64,000 nucleotides of DNA from an uncultured virus (IMG/VR IMGVR_UViG_3300046836_000576) (lineage: Duplodnaviria > Heunggongvirae > Uroviricota > Caudoviricetes), in IMG/VR virus record IMGVR_UViG_3300046836_000576. The stretch is one strand, 5' to 3'. Every line of letters begins with the position of its first letter. The stretch's first letter is position 1. The position numbers and the translations under genes were made by a program. Of the stretch, positions 1 to 9,353 are shown one piece after another. The notes beneath the pieces are model-generated. The model saw only the letters and a list, made by a program, of their open reading frames with translations. It ran no database searches and was not told the DNA's origin.

Positions 1-194
1 GCCGACTGTGAGGATGCGGCCATGACCAGCACGGTTGTTCATGCGAACGATTTGGATCGGGCACGCGCCTTGCTCGCCAACGACCCTGATGAAATGGATG
101 AGGAGTGGCTCGCGGAGATTATCGCTGTCGTCCGAGCCGAGGCAGTCGCGGCTGAGCGCGAGCGCATCGCCCGCCGGGTCGTCCTCGTCACTCA

Positions 195-473
195 TCACTT
201 CTTGAACTCCTTAGCTAAATCTGGACCGCCAAACCTACCAAGTGGTGAGAAGTAGCAGTTAGGATCGGCTAAGTCCTTCTGGTATTGTTCACCAAGGACA
301 TCTTCCATTTCCATGATACGCTTGAGGCATAGCTCAGCGTATCTTCGTCTACTAATGATATTTCTAACGATGTTGCGCAGGTGGGTTAAGTCCAGATCGC
401 CAACAGCAATCCTCTTGCCGTCTTTCGTAACCCAGTATTCTTCCTGAGCATCTTTTTGAGCTTTGGTTGTCAT
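195..473 (-). CDS. Hypothetical phage protein
   Basis: ORF directly downstream of the helicase in the same orientation; W..KDGKRIAV.DL..THLRNIV motif of small phage proteins. Confidence 0.7.
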   Translation of the reverse strand: MTTKAQKDAQEEYWVTKDGKRIAVGDLDLTHLRNIVRNIISRRRYAELCLKRIMEMEDVLGEQYQKDLADPNCYFSPLGRFGGPDLAKEFKK

Positions 474-487
474 TCTGGTAAGTCCAT

Positions 488-2224
488 TCAGAACGGAATT
501 CCGTCATCGAGCTTGCGCTGGTAGACAATCTCGGTTGCCTTTCTCACGCCTTCACTATTTTCCCTGGGGTTGATTGCCACCTGCGCAAGCGCAGCATGAG
601 AGTTGATCTGAGGGGTGCGCGCGTCCAAAGCCCGCTCGATCACTTCCTGCTTCTCGACGATGGTGTGGGCCATGATAGAATCGACCGATCCATCGAACAC
701 CAGGTGCTGCACCAGGACCGAACCTTGCTGACCGATACGGTGCAGACGATCTTCGCATTGGCTGATCGTACCAGGCACCCAATCCAGCTCGGCAAAGATC
801 ACCAGCTGAGCGGCGGTCAGTGTAAGCCCAAGACCGGCGGCATGGATTGAACCAATAAACAGGTGGCAATTCGGGTCGTGTTGGAACTTGTCGACCTGCT
901 GCGACCGCGCATTAGGTGGCGTCTCGCCGGTGACCACTGCTGCGGTGGGGAACTCTGCTTGCAGAGCATGGCCCACATCGTGATGATGAACGAACACCAC
1001 AACTTTGTCCTCGGCCTCAAGGCATTCCTTGAGATGCTCGATGACGTTCGGAATCTTGGCGACCGCTGTATCGTGTCGAACTTGCGACATCTCTTCGAAG
1101 GCGATCTTGTTCGCACCATGCAGCTTCCGGATGGAGGCATTATACCCATCCTTGTCGCCCTGCGCGCGTGCCTCCCGCGCGGCTTCTTCTGCGGCCTCTA
1201 TGGTATCACGATAGCGTTTGTACACCGAGAGCTCAGCCGCAATGGCCGTCCCTGAGTGGGTGCTGGGCGGGAGGATAATGACCTGCCTGCGCTTTGCTGG
1301 CATTTCGGTCATAACTTCTGACTTCAACCGGCGCACCATAAACTTGCTGCGCAGGCGCTGCTGAAGTTCACCCAGATTTGAGGCACCATTAAAGTCCCAA
1401 CCATACCCATTGTGATGGGCTTCGGTATAGCGCTTCATGAATGTGAAGAAGTGCCGGCCCAGACCCTGAGGATCGAGCGCATGGACCAAAGTCCACAGTT
1501 CCTTTGGCCGGTTTACGATCGGAGTACCGGTCATAAAGATTTTACGCTTGGCGCTAATTGGCTTGACGACCTTGGCCGGGTCTTTGTCTTCGTGACCGAG
1601 CAAGATCCTCGTCCGCTGGGCGTTTTCATTCTTGACCATGTGGCACTCGTCGACAATGAGCAGGTCCCACTTACGAGCGTCAATTGCTGCGCGGTGCTTG
1701 ATCAGAATGTCGTAATTGATGATTACGATATTGCCGGTCGGGAAAGTCCCATTGGCAATTTCGATTGAGAACTTGCGGACCAGCCACTTGTTCATCTCCC
1801 GCGCCCAGTTCACCTTGAGCGAGGCGGGGCAGACCACAAGGACTGTCTGGATCGAAGTGTCTAGGTTGATCACCCCGATTGCCTCGATCGTCTTGCCCAA
1901 GCCCATTTCGTCCCCGATGAGGGTGGCAGGCTTGCTGGCGGCATAGGCAATGCCGGCAAGCTGATAGGGCAGATAGGCAAGCCCGTTAGGTACGGGAACC
2001 TGGGCGGTGGCACCCGTGGCATAGCTGCTGGCGATGGCTGTGTTTGCCTGGTCCGCAGCGCTCGAATCGAGCTTGGCCGCGACCAGTACGTCCTCGGTCC
2101 ACCACAGTTTCGTGGTCGGATCCCAGTGAAAGCCGGCGGCCTTAACTACGTCCTTGGTCGCCCAATCGAACGCAAACCGCGCGATCCACCGGGCACCGGA
2201 TTTCTCAACTTTGATAGGGTTCAC
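488..2224 (-). CDS. SNF2/SWI2-family helicase (SMARCAL1/HARP-like)
   Basis: Walker A DEMGLGKT, VCPASLKVNW, Walker B DECH, TGTP..N, GLGLTL, QCEDRLHRIGQ; GTG start with GGAG RBS. Confidence 0.93.
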   Translation of the reverse strand: MNPIKVEKSGARWIARFAFDWATKDVVKAAGFHWDPTTKLWWTEDVLVAAKLDSSAADQANTAIASSYATGATAQVPVPNGLAYLPYQLAGIAYAASKPATLIGDEMGLGKTIEAIGVINLDTSIQTVLVVCPASLKVNWAREMNKWLVRKFSIEIANGTFPTGNIVIINYDILIKHRAAIDARKWDLLIVDECHMVKNENAQRTRILLGHEDKDPAKVVKPISAKRKIFMTGTPIVNRPKELWTLVHALDPQGLGRHFFTFMKRYTEAHHNGYGWDFNGASNLGELQQRLRSKFMVRRLKSEVMTEMPAKRRQVIILPPSTHSGTAIAAELSVYKRYRDTIEAAEEAAREARAQGDKDGYNASIRKLHGANKIAFEEMSQVRHDTAVAKIPNVIEHLKECLEAEDKVVVFVHHHDVGHALQAEFPTAAVVTGETPPNARSQQVDKFQHDPNCHLFIGSIHAAGLGLTLTAAQLVIFAELDWVPGTISQCEDRLHRIGQQGSVLVQHLVFDGSVDSIMAHTIVEKQEVIERALDARTPQINSHAALAQVAINPRENSEGVRKATEIVYQRKLDDGIPF

Positions 2225-2231
2225 TGTGCAT

Positions 2232-2280
2232 CTCCGTTCTGACAGCTATACATATAAGCGCTCTTGCGCTCGATTGCAAG
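2232..2280 (-). promoter_or_regulatory. Early promoter + leader, copy 1
   Basis: CTTGCAA-N17-TATATG, then GTCAGAACGGAG upstream of the helicase; one of 10 copies. Confidence 0.85.
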
Positions 2281-2316
2281 CTTGAAATGCACAGCACCTC
2301 AAATCATTGTATGGAC

Positions 2317-2523
2317 TTACTGGGTCTGTAAACGGATAAGCCGTTGGAGATGCCGATTCAAGATGTCGATGCGGTGGCCGAAGTTGATCATCTCGTCAGT
2401 CAAACCTTTCAGGCTGATGTTGAGTCGACTGAGGCTGATGGTTACAAACTCTTGCTCTTGGCGCACTATGCCGATGTCTGCTTGTATGGAGCTGAAGAGT
2501 CGAAAGATTTCTTCATCGGTCAT
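2317..2523 (-). CDS. Hypothetical coiled-coil protein
   Basis: Start revised to MTDEEIF (RBS AGGTGAG); heptad-like pattern. Confidence 0.55.
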   Translation of the reverse strand: MTDEEIFRLFSSIQADIGIVRQEQEFVTISLSRLNISLKGLTDEMINFGHRIDILNRHLQRLIRLQTQ

Positions 2524-2527
2524 AATC

Positions 2528-2791
2528 TCACCTATTAACAAGGCCGCACATGCCGTGCCTTGTTTCTGGTTTGTCCTTGTGCTGTTGCCAGCCGATCCAC
2601 TGCCACGCCATGCAGCGGGAGGCGATGCAGAGACACCACTGATCGGGTTCCCCATCCATTTTTCGATTGGCAGTAAATGGTTGTTCTCCCACATCGAGAT
2701 CATTTGCCTTGGCACGCGCGAACGGGCACCACTTGGTTCGAGCTTCCTCTTCCTCCATCCCTCCGATATCGACTTCGTCAAAGATGCTCAT
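2528..2791 (-). CDS. Hypothetical Cys-containing protein
   Basis: EARTKWCPFAR ... CIASRCMAW ... GMCGL pattern; overlapping gene string. Confidence 0.7.
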   Translation of the reverse strand: MSIFDEVDIGGMEEEEARTKWCPFARAKANDLDVGEQPFTANRKMDGEPDQWCLCIASRCMAWQWIGWQQHKDKPETRHGMCGLVNR

Positions 2792-3141
2792 TTGTCAATC
2801 TCCTCATCCCACTCGAGAGCTCGTGCATCCCAGTGGGCATTCTCCGCATCTATGTCACCAGCCCACTGACGCTCGGCCTCTGCCAGAAGTGCCACCTGCG
2901 CAAAGCTCCGCACTAGACCATGTGGTGGCTTGGGCATGTCGGTTCGAGTCCAGGTCAGATCCTCATCGTAGTCGATGTAGCAGCTCGGATCACCGACGTC
3001 ACCACATAGTGGACATTCAGGACAAATGCACTCATCAAGACGCTGACCACAAACGTTGCAGGGACCGTCATCCGTCTGGTTATACGGTGCATTAGGGTCG
3101 TTTGCTGCACCGGGTGGGTAGGACCAACCAAAGATACCCAT
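2788..3141 (-). CDS. Hypothetical Zn-binding protein
   Basis: CxxC...CxCxxCxxC...C cluster; 4-nt overlap with next gene. Confidence 0.7.
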   Translation of the reverse strand: MGIFGWSYPPGAANDPNAPYNQTDDGPCNVCGQRLDECICPECPLCGDVGDPSCYIDYDEDLTWTRTDMPKPPHGLVRSFAQVALLAEAERQWAGDIDAENAHWDARALEWDEEIDK

Positions 3142-3142
3142 T

Positions 3143-3397
3143 TTAGTTTATCCTTCTCTTGATGATTTCGTCTCTGACATAACGTGCTTGTTTGAACTCG
3201 TCGGCGAAGATTTTCCACATTGTGAATTCAAAGAATTCTATTTCTTGTTTGGTGAATTTCCTGCTCAATCCAAGCATTGTGCCGGCAGTTATCATTAGTA
3301 ATGCTGCACCTTCTTCGGATCCCCCGGCAAGGTTAAAGTCTGTAACGAATTTTGTCACCTTTTTTTGGTTTTCTCTTACGTCTTTGGAGATAGCCAT
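3143..3397 (-). CDS. Hypothetical protein
   Basis: Abutting ORF in the minus-strand string. Confidence 0.65.
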   Translation of the reverse strand: MAISKDVRENQKKVTKFVTDFNLAGGSEEGAALLMITAGTMLGLSRKFTKQEIEFFEFTMWKIFADEFKQARYVRDEIIKRRIN

Positions 3398-3921
3398 CAG
3401 GCGTTTCCTCCAATGGGTAAGATGTTATCGATAAGCTGACCAGCAAAGGCCATGTCATCCGAGGTTGTTTCGGGTATCAGCTGACTGATCTTACCCTTCC
3501 AGTCCCGCTTAATCTCGAAGATTCGAGACTTGGTGTTGGTCCCATCGGTTGCCAGTGCAATAACCACTTCCCGTCTCTCGGGATGTAAGCTTGGGCGTGT
3601 TGTCTTTGTTAGATCAACGCCGGGTCCGTAAGATGGGGACACCCAGGCTTCGGATAGGTTGGAGAGCATAACGGCGTGCATCCCCTTGGCTGCCTCTCTG
3701 AGGGCTGCAAGCATGATCTGTTTTTCCGTGTCATTCTCCCACGGGCAACTGATGATGGACAGTTCATCCCGTGGGGAAACGAGAACAAATACAGGTACGA
3801 GCTGTTTTATACGCTCCACCAATAGCATATGGTGAGCCTGCTTTTCAGCAAGCTCAAGTAAGACGTCAAGTGACATGGCCTTTTCGGCTTTGAATGTCGA
3901 GATCGTGTGTGATTTACTCAT
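3397..3921 (-). CDS. Hypothetical protein
   Basis: Globular-looking ORF (SEAW, PSLHPERREV); start revised to MSKSH. Confidence 0.65.
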   Translation of the reverse strand: MSKSHTISTFKAEKAMSLDVLLELAEKQAHHMLLVERIKQLVPVFVLVSPRDELSIISCPWENDTEKQIMLAALREAAKGMHAVMLSNLSEAWVSPSYGPGVDLTKTTRPSLHPERREVVIALATDGTNTKSRIFEIKRDWKGKISQLIPETTSDDMAFAGQLIDNILPIGGNA

Positions 3922-4360
3922 CGTCATTTTCCGTCCCAACCATCTCGGCATGGTACTCGGCGAAGTGTTGCTGTTGCGCTTCATCGGCAGCAACGAAGAC
4001 ACTTAGCGGCAAGTCCGGGTAGTCCTGCTCTGCCAACACGCGTTCGATATAAGCCGGGTATTCAGCGTTAGTTATCGGTTCACGAAACCAATCCGGTGCA
4101 CAGAAGAAGCCCGGTCCCGGCATGTTACGAGCCTTAGCGGTTATTAGCGCGTTGAGCTTGGGCTTGCCCAAGTCTTCGCATACCCAACCGACAATAGCTA
4201 ACGGTCTGCCTTGACTACGGCGCCAGATACCGGTGACAGCTTCGGCATCGATGTAGTGATAGTCCTCGGCTCTCGTACGGCGACTCATATGCAGGACAGT
4301 ACGTGATACGTAATAGAGCTGGCGTGCCTCCTTGGCGTACTTTAGGCGTGGTCTAGGCAT
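3914..4360 (-). CDS. Hypothetical protein
   Basis: ATG with GAGG RBS; overlaps next gene. Confidence 0.65.
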   Translation of the reverse strand: MPRPRLKYAKEARQLYYVSRTVLHMSRRTRAEDYHYIDAEAVTGIWRRSQGRPLAIVGWVCEDLGKPKLNALITAKARNMPGPGFFCAPDWFREPITNAEYPAYIERVLAEQDYPDLPLSVFVAADEAQQQHFAEYHAEMVGTENDDE

Positions 4361-4477
4361 AACTACGATCCTCTCTTACGATTACGCGGACGGCGCTGAT
4401 AGCGCTTACCGCTTGGCCTAACCTTAGGCCGGATAGCCCGCACGACGCGGGCAATGGGGTTGCGTTTCATGTGGCAC

Positions 4478-4753
4478 CTAGTCGTTAAAGATCACAATGT
4501 CGGTCCGCCGAGCTTCCGGATGGGCTTTAACGTCCACCGGCTCCGGCATGTAATACCAGGCCAGAACATCGCCATCCCGGTCGGTGTCCTCGTGGTGCAG
4601 CCTGTACCGCACCACCGTACCGGTCTTGTCGGACTTTAAGGCGATCACCGGGCTCAGTGGGTGGCGCAACTGCAGAGTGGAAATCTCCTGTGAGAAAGAC
4701 CCGCCACGATAGCTGAAATCGCTGGTGCTGAGGTTCATCATCCGGGTAAGCAT
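4478..4753 (-). CDS. Hypothetical early protein
   Basis: ATG at 4753 follows promoter copy 2 and AAGGAG RBS. Confidence 0.7.
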   Translation of the reverse strand: MLTRMMNLSTSDFSYRGGSFSQEISTLQLRHPLSPVIALKSDKTGTVVRYRLHHEDTDRDGDVLAWYYMPEPVDVKAHPEARRTDIVIFND

Positions 4754-4760
4754 TCGAAAT

Positions 4761-4806
4761 CTCCTTACTGACAAGCTATAATAGCGCTTTTGCAGCGATT
4801 TGCAAG
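4761..4806 (-). promoter_or_regulatory. Early promoter + leader, copy 2
   Basis: CTTGCAA...GCAAAAGCGC-TATTAT, then TGTCAGTAAGGAG. Confidence 0.8.
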
Positions 4807-4959
4807 CTCAAATTAGAGCTTCCTGTTTCGCTTGATCAATCGGGCTATCGATAGCCTTCCCACAATTTGCACATGCCCCCGGAAGGGTGGAAATTCCACC
4901 CTTCCAGTTCGGGTTTTGATCTCCTTTGAAGGATCGTCTTTTACTATAATCCCGTGGCA

Positions 4960-5394
4960 TTACAACCCCATAATTGCCCGACATTCAGGCCCGAGGCCTG
5001 AATCCACACTCTCAGGAACGGTGAGCTTCCTGCCGCATCGACCGCAATTTCCGGAGTGTCGGATCTCCATTTGGGGAGGCATCCGCTCCTCGACGATCCG
5101 GTTCCAGAAGAACTCGAACGCCTTGACCGGGATGCTGTCCGGAGTGTACTTCGACTTGCCCGTGAGCTTGAACATCTTCTGGCAACCCGCCAGGACACCC
5201 ATGTACCGGTAGTCGGAGTAGTTGTCCGGGCCGACGAGCAGGCCCACGAACCACATCTCCTTCGGGGCCCCGTCGTCGTCCTTGGCCTGGCTGACCTTGA
5301 ACGTGTACCGCGCGCCCGTCTTCTCACTGGTGAGGGTCAGGGTGGCATTACCGGCGAGGGTGTAGGCTTTGACATCGGCTGCATTCGAAAACAT
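4960..5394 (-). CDS. DUF6011-like Zn-finger protein
   Basis: C-terminal HSGNCGRCGRKLTVPESVDSGLGPEC; start revised to MFSNA after RBS. Confidence 0.8.
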   Translation of the reverse strand: MFSNAADVKAYTLAGNATLTLTSEKTGARYTFKVSQAKDDDGAPKEMWFVGLLVGPDNYSDYRYMGVLAGCQKMFKLTGKSKYTPDSIPVKAFEFFWNRIVEERMPPQMEIRHSGNCGRCGRKLTVPESVDSGLGPECRAIMGL

Positions 5395-5400
5395 TTTGAT

Positions 5401-5448
5401 CTCCATTTCTGACTCTCTAAATATAAGCGCTTTGCGCTGAATTGCAAT
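5401..5448 (-). promoter_or_regulatory. Early promoter + leader, copy 3
   Basis: TTGCAA...GCAAAGCGCT-TATATT, then GTCAGAAATGGAG. Confidence 0.85.
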
Positions 5449-5565
5449 AGCCCGTGCGAAAATAATTGAAAAAGATTCTCATCGGCTTCGTATGGACTTA
5501 CCGGTGCCTGCTCAGGCGGACGGGGGTAGCGCTTTTGCTACCCCCTTAGCTAATTAGCTAATTGG

Positions 5566-5814
5566 CTAATGGAGCGTAGGATGATAAATCGGGTCCTCAA
5601 AGCGCAGCGCAAGCGCTAGGTCCAAGGGCTCTTCGATATAATATTCGGCGCGCTCAATGGCGAATTCCCAATCGGTTTGACCGTTTTTTGTGGCTTCGGA
5701 TACGGCCGTCCGTTTCACGTCCGCAGCAAACACAGCGCAAAATTCGTCGTCAATGTCAAGATCGATTGCGTCAACATTTGCGTCGATAAAGGCGAGGAAA
5801 TCGATTTCGGTCAT
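5566..5814 (-). CDS. Small acidic early protein
   Basis: ATG at 5814 after CAGGAG RBS and promoter copy 4; D/E rich. Confidence 0.7.
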   Translation of the reverse strand: MTEIDFLAFIDANVDAIDLDIDDEFCAVFAADVKRTAVSEATKNGQTDWEFAIERAEYYIEEPLDLALALRFEDPIYHPTLH

Positions 5815-5822
5815 TTTGTGCA

Positions 5823-5869
5823 CTCCTGTCTGACCGCTTACATATAAGCATTTTGCGGTGGAATGCAAT
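5823..5869 (-). promoter_or_regulatory. Early promoter + leader, copy 4
   Basis: TTGCAT...GCAAAATGCT-TATATG, then GTCAGACAGGAG. Confidence 0.8.
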
Positions 5870-6030
5870 ACCTCAAGCTGAAATAGCTAATTTCTTTTAC
5901 GCAAGCTAAATCAAGGTGTTACATCGTAGAAATCGATCTCTCATACAGCTCGTATGCAGCCGAAAGTGGGTGTCCGTGGCGCATAGTAGCGGAAATCGAA
6001 CACCGCACTAGAGGTGCCTTGAGGCCGTTT

Positions 6031-6684
6031 CTAGAAGCTCAGGTGGTTTGTCGCCACCCGGCACTTGTGCTGACCCTTGACATTCGATGTCGCGCTGCCG
6101 CACGGCATGAGCTTCGAATCTGGGTCCTTGAAAACCAACCCTTCGACCGGGGGCTTGCCTGGCATGTTTCGGATGGAGTCAAACCATTCGGTGAACGAAT
6201 GCAGGTGGCTGTGGGCTAGCCAAACTCCAGGGCAGATGACGGTGTGTGTATGATGGATCTCCCGCTGGCTATGGTCATGTCCGTCACAAAGCCATTTTAG
6301 CAATCTCATCCGATCTCGATAGGTGACGCCGACCAGATAATTGCCGTTTTCAACCAGCAAATCGTGGAGGTAGATCGTGTCCCGAACGCCGACACCCTTG
6401 GAGTGCAGTAGTTCGCCAACGAACACATACCACCCTGTGCCTGGAAATAGGCGCTTCTGAAAAGCATTCCACCGGTCACCGGGTTGCCAGATGAGCTTGT
6501 TGGCAGGACCTGCGCGGCCCATGGCGAAGTTTGACTGATCGGGGCGAACGTACAGGGTCGTACACGTTCCATTCATCTTTGCTTGGCCCAACCACCCGCT
6601 TGCCTCGTAGTTGTGTAGAGTTGAGGGTGCCCCGGCCGTAGTTGGCCGGGGCGGATAAAGGTAGCGGTACATTGGGTAGTGCAT
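6031..6684 (-). CDS. ATP-dependent ligase-like nucleotidyltransferase (adenylation domain only)
   Basis: Motif I QAKMNG, III GELL, IIIa LHDLL, IV EGLVFK, V KCR; no OB-fold follows. Confidence 0.7.
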   Translation of the reverse strand: MHYPMYRYLYPPRPTTAGAPSTLHNYEASGWLGQAKMNGTCTTLYVRPDQSNFAMGRAGPANKLIWQPGDRWNAFQKRLFPGTGWYVFVGELLHSKGVGVRDTIYLHDLLVENGNYLVGVTYRDRMRLLKWLCDGHDHSQREIHHTHTVICPGVWLAHSHLHSFTEWFDSIRNMPGKPPVEGLVFKDPDSKLMPCGSATSNVKGQHKCRVATNHLSF

Positions 6685-6707
6685 GACAATATTTCCTAGC
6701 TTAGGAT

Positions 6708-7307
6708 TTAGAAGAATTCCGCCCAATAGGGATTATCACCCTTATTCAGTCTGTATTCGCAACGAATGCCATGAGGCACCCGAAGCGAGCAGTTATTCTT
6801 CACCCAGGAATCACTGGCGTAACTCCACTTTACGGCGATAAACCACATTGCACCGAGAATTTGGTCGGGAGGAACCTTGCATGTTGCAATCGGATCGGGG
6901 TCTGTCAGCCGGCCGTTAGGAAGGATTAATCCCATCAAGCATTGAAAAGGACGCCCTTGAGTTAGTCTATTCATGCTGTCCCGAACGGGATAGGGATCGT
7001 TGCCGGACAATTCGTTGCAGCGCATCTGGATTCGATTAGTTGGGTATAAATAATTTCCCATTTGAATAGCGTTTCCGTCCCCGGCATATTTGTTAGCGAG
7101 ATTACAAACAACCTGGTCGGGGTCTGGCATCGAATACTCGGATTGGGGTACTGGATCCACTTTCTGGACGTTGGGTTGTAGTATTGATCTGCACTTTGCA
7201 ATGAAGTCGGCTGGCCAACCATCACAGCCCCCTTGCTCGGTGGCGTAAGCAGGTAGGGCAAAAGCCGACATAATGGCGATCCCGGCTAATAGTTGTAACT
7301 TTTTCAT
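6708..7307 (-). CDS. Secreted/periplasmic Cys-rich protein
   Basis: Sec signal MKKLQLLAGIAIMSAFALPAYA; AAGGA RBS; 8 Cys. Confidence 0.7.
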   Translation of the reverse strand: MKKLQLLAGIAIMSAFALPAYATEQGGCDGWPADFIAKCRSILQPNVQKVDPVPQSEYSMPDPDQVVCNLANKYAGDGNAIQMGNYLYPTNRIQMRCNELSGNDPYPVRDSMNRLTQGRPFQCLMGLILPNGRLTDPDPIATCKVPPDQILGAMWFIAVKWSYASDSWVKNNCSLRVPHGIRCEYRLNKGDNPYWAEFF

Positions 7308-7330
7308 CGTAGTTTCCTTTCTAACTTTGA

Positions 7331-8071
7331 CTAGATGGCCTTGAGGGAACCGGTGAGCATCTTCTTGACCTGTGCCTTGGCGTCACCTGGGGTCAGCAGC
7401 GGCTTGACGATTTCCCAAGCCTTCCCGATGTCCTTGAACGCGGGGGTGAGGCTGACTCGGGCGATGAGACCGAACACCGTTTCGACCTGCTCGACCGGGA
7501 GGCGGAACACCGCATCGGTCGCGCTGTCACTGACCACCATTTTGCTGCTGGCAGGAACCGAGATCACGAAATCCTCCGGGATCCCTTTGACTCCGCTCAA
7601 AGCTTTGTCGATCTTCTTGAGCAGGTCCTCGTTGCTGGCGTAGATCGGATTGATCTGCAAGCTGGCCGGGATCGATTCCAGAATCTCCGCAAAGCCCGGG
7701 ACCGCCGTGATGTTGCCATCGGTGTCGTGAACCACATCACCGACCATTTCGGCGAGAAGCTCAACCTCGTCGGTGCTGAGCGGGCTTGCGGTGCTGCGCT
7801 TGGTGATGGCAACACGGCCAGTGGCCTCGCCCTCAACCAGGGAGAGGTGGTCCGGCTTGCTGTGACGCTCGATTCCGGTCTCGATGAGCTGCTCGATCGC
7901 GCTCGACTTCAGCGCCTCCTTTTTCAGGTCGAGCAGGCCCTTGATCGCCTTCATGCAGGCGTCAAGAGCTGCCACCTCGGCCAGACCCTCGATCGTGGTC
8001 GTGGACTTTGGCGGCGCCTTGCCCTTAACGGCCACCGGCAAAACGGCTACTTTTTTGGCATTTGCAAACAT
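7331..8071 (-). CDS. Hypothetical early protein
   Basis: ATG at 8071 follows promoter copy 5; GC3-rich codon usage. Confidence 0.8.
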   Translation of the reverse strand: MFANAKKVAVLPVAVKGKAPPKSTTTIEGLAEVAALDACMKAIKGLLDLKKEALKSSAIEQLIETGIERHSKPDHLSLVEGEATGRVAITKRSTASPLSTDEVELLAEMVGDVVHDTDGNITAVPGFAEILESIPASLQINPIYASNEDLLKKIDKALSGVKGIPEDFVISVPASSKMVVSDSATDAVFRLPVEQVETVFGLIARVSLTPAFKDIGKAWEIVKPLLTPGDAKAQVKKMLTGSLKAI

Positions 8072-8077
8072 TTTCGT

Positions 8078-8125
8078 CTCCATTTCTGACTCTGTAAATA
8101 TAAGCATTTTGCGGGGAATTGCAAG
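8078..8125 (-). promoter_or_regulatory. Early promoter + leader, copy 5
   Basis: CTTGCAA...GCAAAATGCT-TATATT, then GTCAGAAATGGAG. Confidence 0.85.
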
Positions 8126-8637
8126 CCCTGTTTTCAAAAGATTTGATGCAGGAGTACCCACGCGAATGGGCTTAACGGGATGAGGCAGATTATGAGTTTG
8201 GTCATGGATCGTACTCGTCATTTCCTATTTCTGGATAGATCTCATCATTTTCGATGTCATTCCAGACGTCTCTTATGAACTTCAGCAATCTTCTCATTGA
8301 ATTATCCTGGTTTAGTCAGCCGCTAACGGATAGTTGAGTTCACAAAGGTGATCATGATAATCCTCACCAAGATGTGAGCGGGCATCCTTCCGTGAGTCAG
8401 CAGCTTCAAGGCAGTTGAAGCAATTGACTTCACGTGGAGTGCGTCGATAGCCAGGCTGGTTGTTAGGGTAGTGCATTCCGCAAAGCGTAGCGGTCTCCCC
8501 ACCACAGGTCTGATAAAGATATGCGTGATTACGGTCGCCCGAATAGAAGGTGACACTGAGCGGCGGCACGTATCTAGGGTAGTTATCGTTGGCTGCGAAA
8601 GCATAGATAACGGTGGACACGACAGTCTCCGATCGAG

Positions 8638-8666
8638 AAAAAGCCCCGCCCGAAGGCGGGGCTTGT
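8638..8666 (-). terminator. Intrinsic terminator
   Basis: GCCCCGCC-TTCG-GGCGGGGC-TTTTT on the minus strand after the SWIM gene. Confidence 0.85.
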
Positions 8667-8676
8667 GTTTGAGGGG

Positions 8677-8904
8677 TTAGGCTGCGACGCCCATAGCGCG
8701 GAGGTGCTTGCAGGGCTTTTTCTGGTGCGCGGGGCCCTTCTGGTAGATGTGACCCGGGCAAGAGCACTGCCAGTTGTCCGAGCCACGACGCTGCGCGATC
8801 GTGTAGGTCCGGCCGCTGGTGCTGGTTAGCGCGAAGCGGGAAACCCACTGGTCGCTGGCCGGGAGGGACTGCAGGTTTTTGACGGTTGAGCTGAGATTTG
8901 ACAT
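8677..8904 (-). CDS. SWIM zinc-finger protein
   Basis: WQCSCPGH...PCKH; own promoter and terminator. Confidence 0.75.
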   Translation of the reverse strand: MSNLSSTVKNLQSLPASDQWVSRFALTSTSGRTYTIAQRRGSDNWQCSCPGHIYQKGPAHQKKPCKHLRAMGVAA

Positions 8905-8910
8905 TTCGGT

Positions 8911-8957
8911 CTCCATTCTGACTCTATACATATAAGCGCTTTGCAGCTCATTGCAAT
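8911..8957 (-). promoter_or_regulatory. Early promoter + leader, copy 6
   Basis: TTGCAA...GCAAAGCGCT-TATATG, then GTCAGAATGGAG. Confidence 0.85.
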
Positions 8958-8989
8958 ACCCTGAGCGAAAAAAGGTATCAAAAAGACAA

Positions 8990-9021
8990 AAAAATGCCCC
9001 CGGACTTTCGGGGCACTTTTT
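8990..9021. terminator. Probable bidirectional terminator
   Basis: A-tract, TGCCC...GGGCA hairpin, T-tract. Confidence 0.55.
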
Positions 9022-9059
9022 CCTGCGTTTTAGAGCGGGTTATATGATTTTTTGCATGA

Positions 9060-9353
9060 TCAATCATTCCTTGGATGTGGGTAAGAGCATCGGGTAGGGT
9101 CTTTTTCAACGCACGGGTTTGCCCCGTCCTTGCACTTCCAGCAGGCGCTGTCACGAAACCGGCCTTTGGGCAGTGTGCTGGTATCGACTTTTGTCACTCC
9201 GTCTTCTGATGATACCTCGAACACAGTGGCGCTATTCTTCGGATCACGTTGAATCTCTTGGGCAGCTAGTGCAGCGGAGATAGGTCCTGCTGCTGTTAAC
9301 TCGACCTCCCAAGATACGATGTAAGTTTTCTTTGTCACAAGCACTCCTTTCAT
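9060..9353 (-). CDS. Hypothetical protein
   Basis: YIVSWEVEL.A.GP..AA motif; C-terminal Cys cluster. Confidence 0.65.
   Translation of the reverse strand: MKGVLVTKKTYIVSWEVELTAAGPISAALAAQEIQRDPKNSATVFEVSSEDGVTKVDTSTLPKGRFRDSACWKCKDGANPCVEKDPTRCSYPHPRND

Noticed and set aside
22..255. Plus-strand ORF at the window start
   Set aside because: GC-rich 5' part may be a real convergent gene, but it overlaps 195..473 and lacks upstream context, so it was not called
5521..5570. GGGGGTAGC/GCTACCCCC hairpin with TAGCTAAT repeats
   Set aside because: Single occurrence; probably a terminator or stabiliser; nothing further supportable
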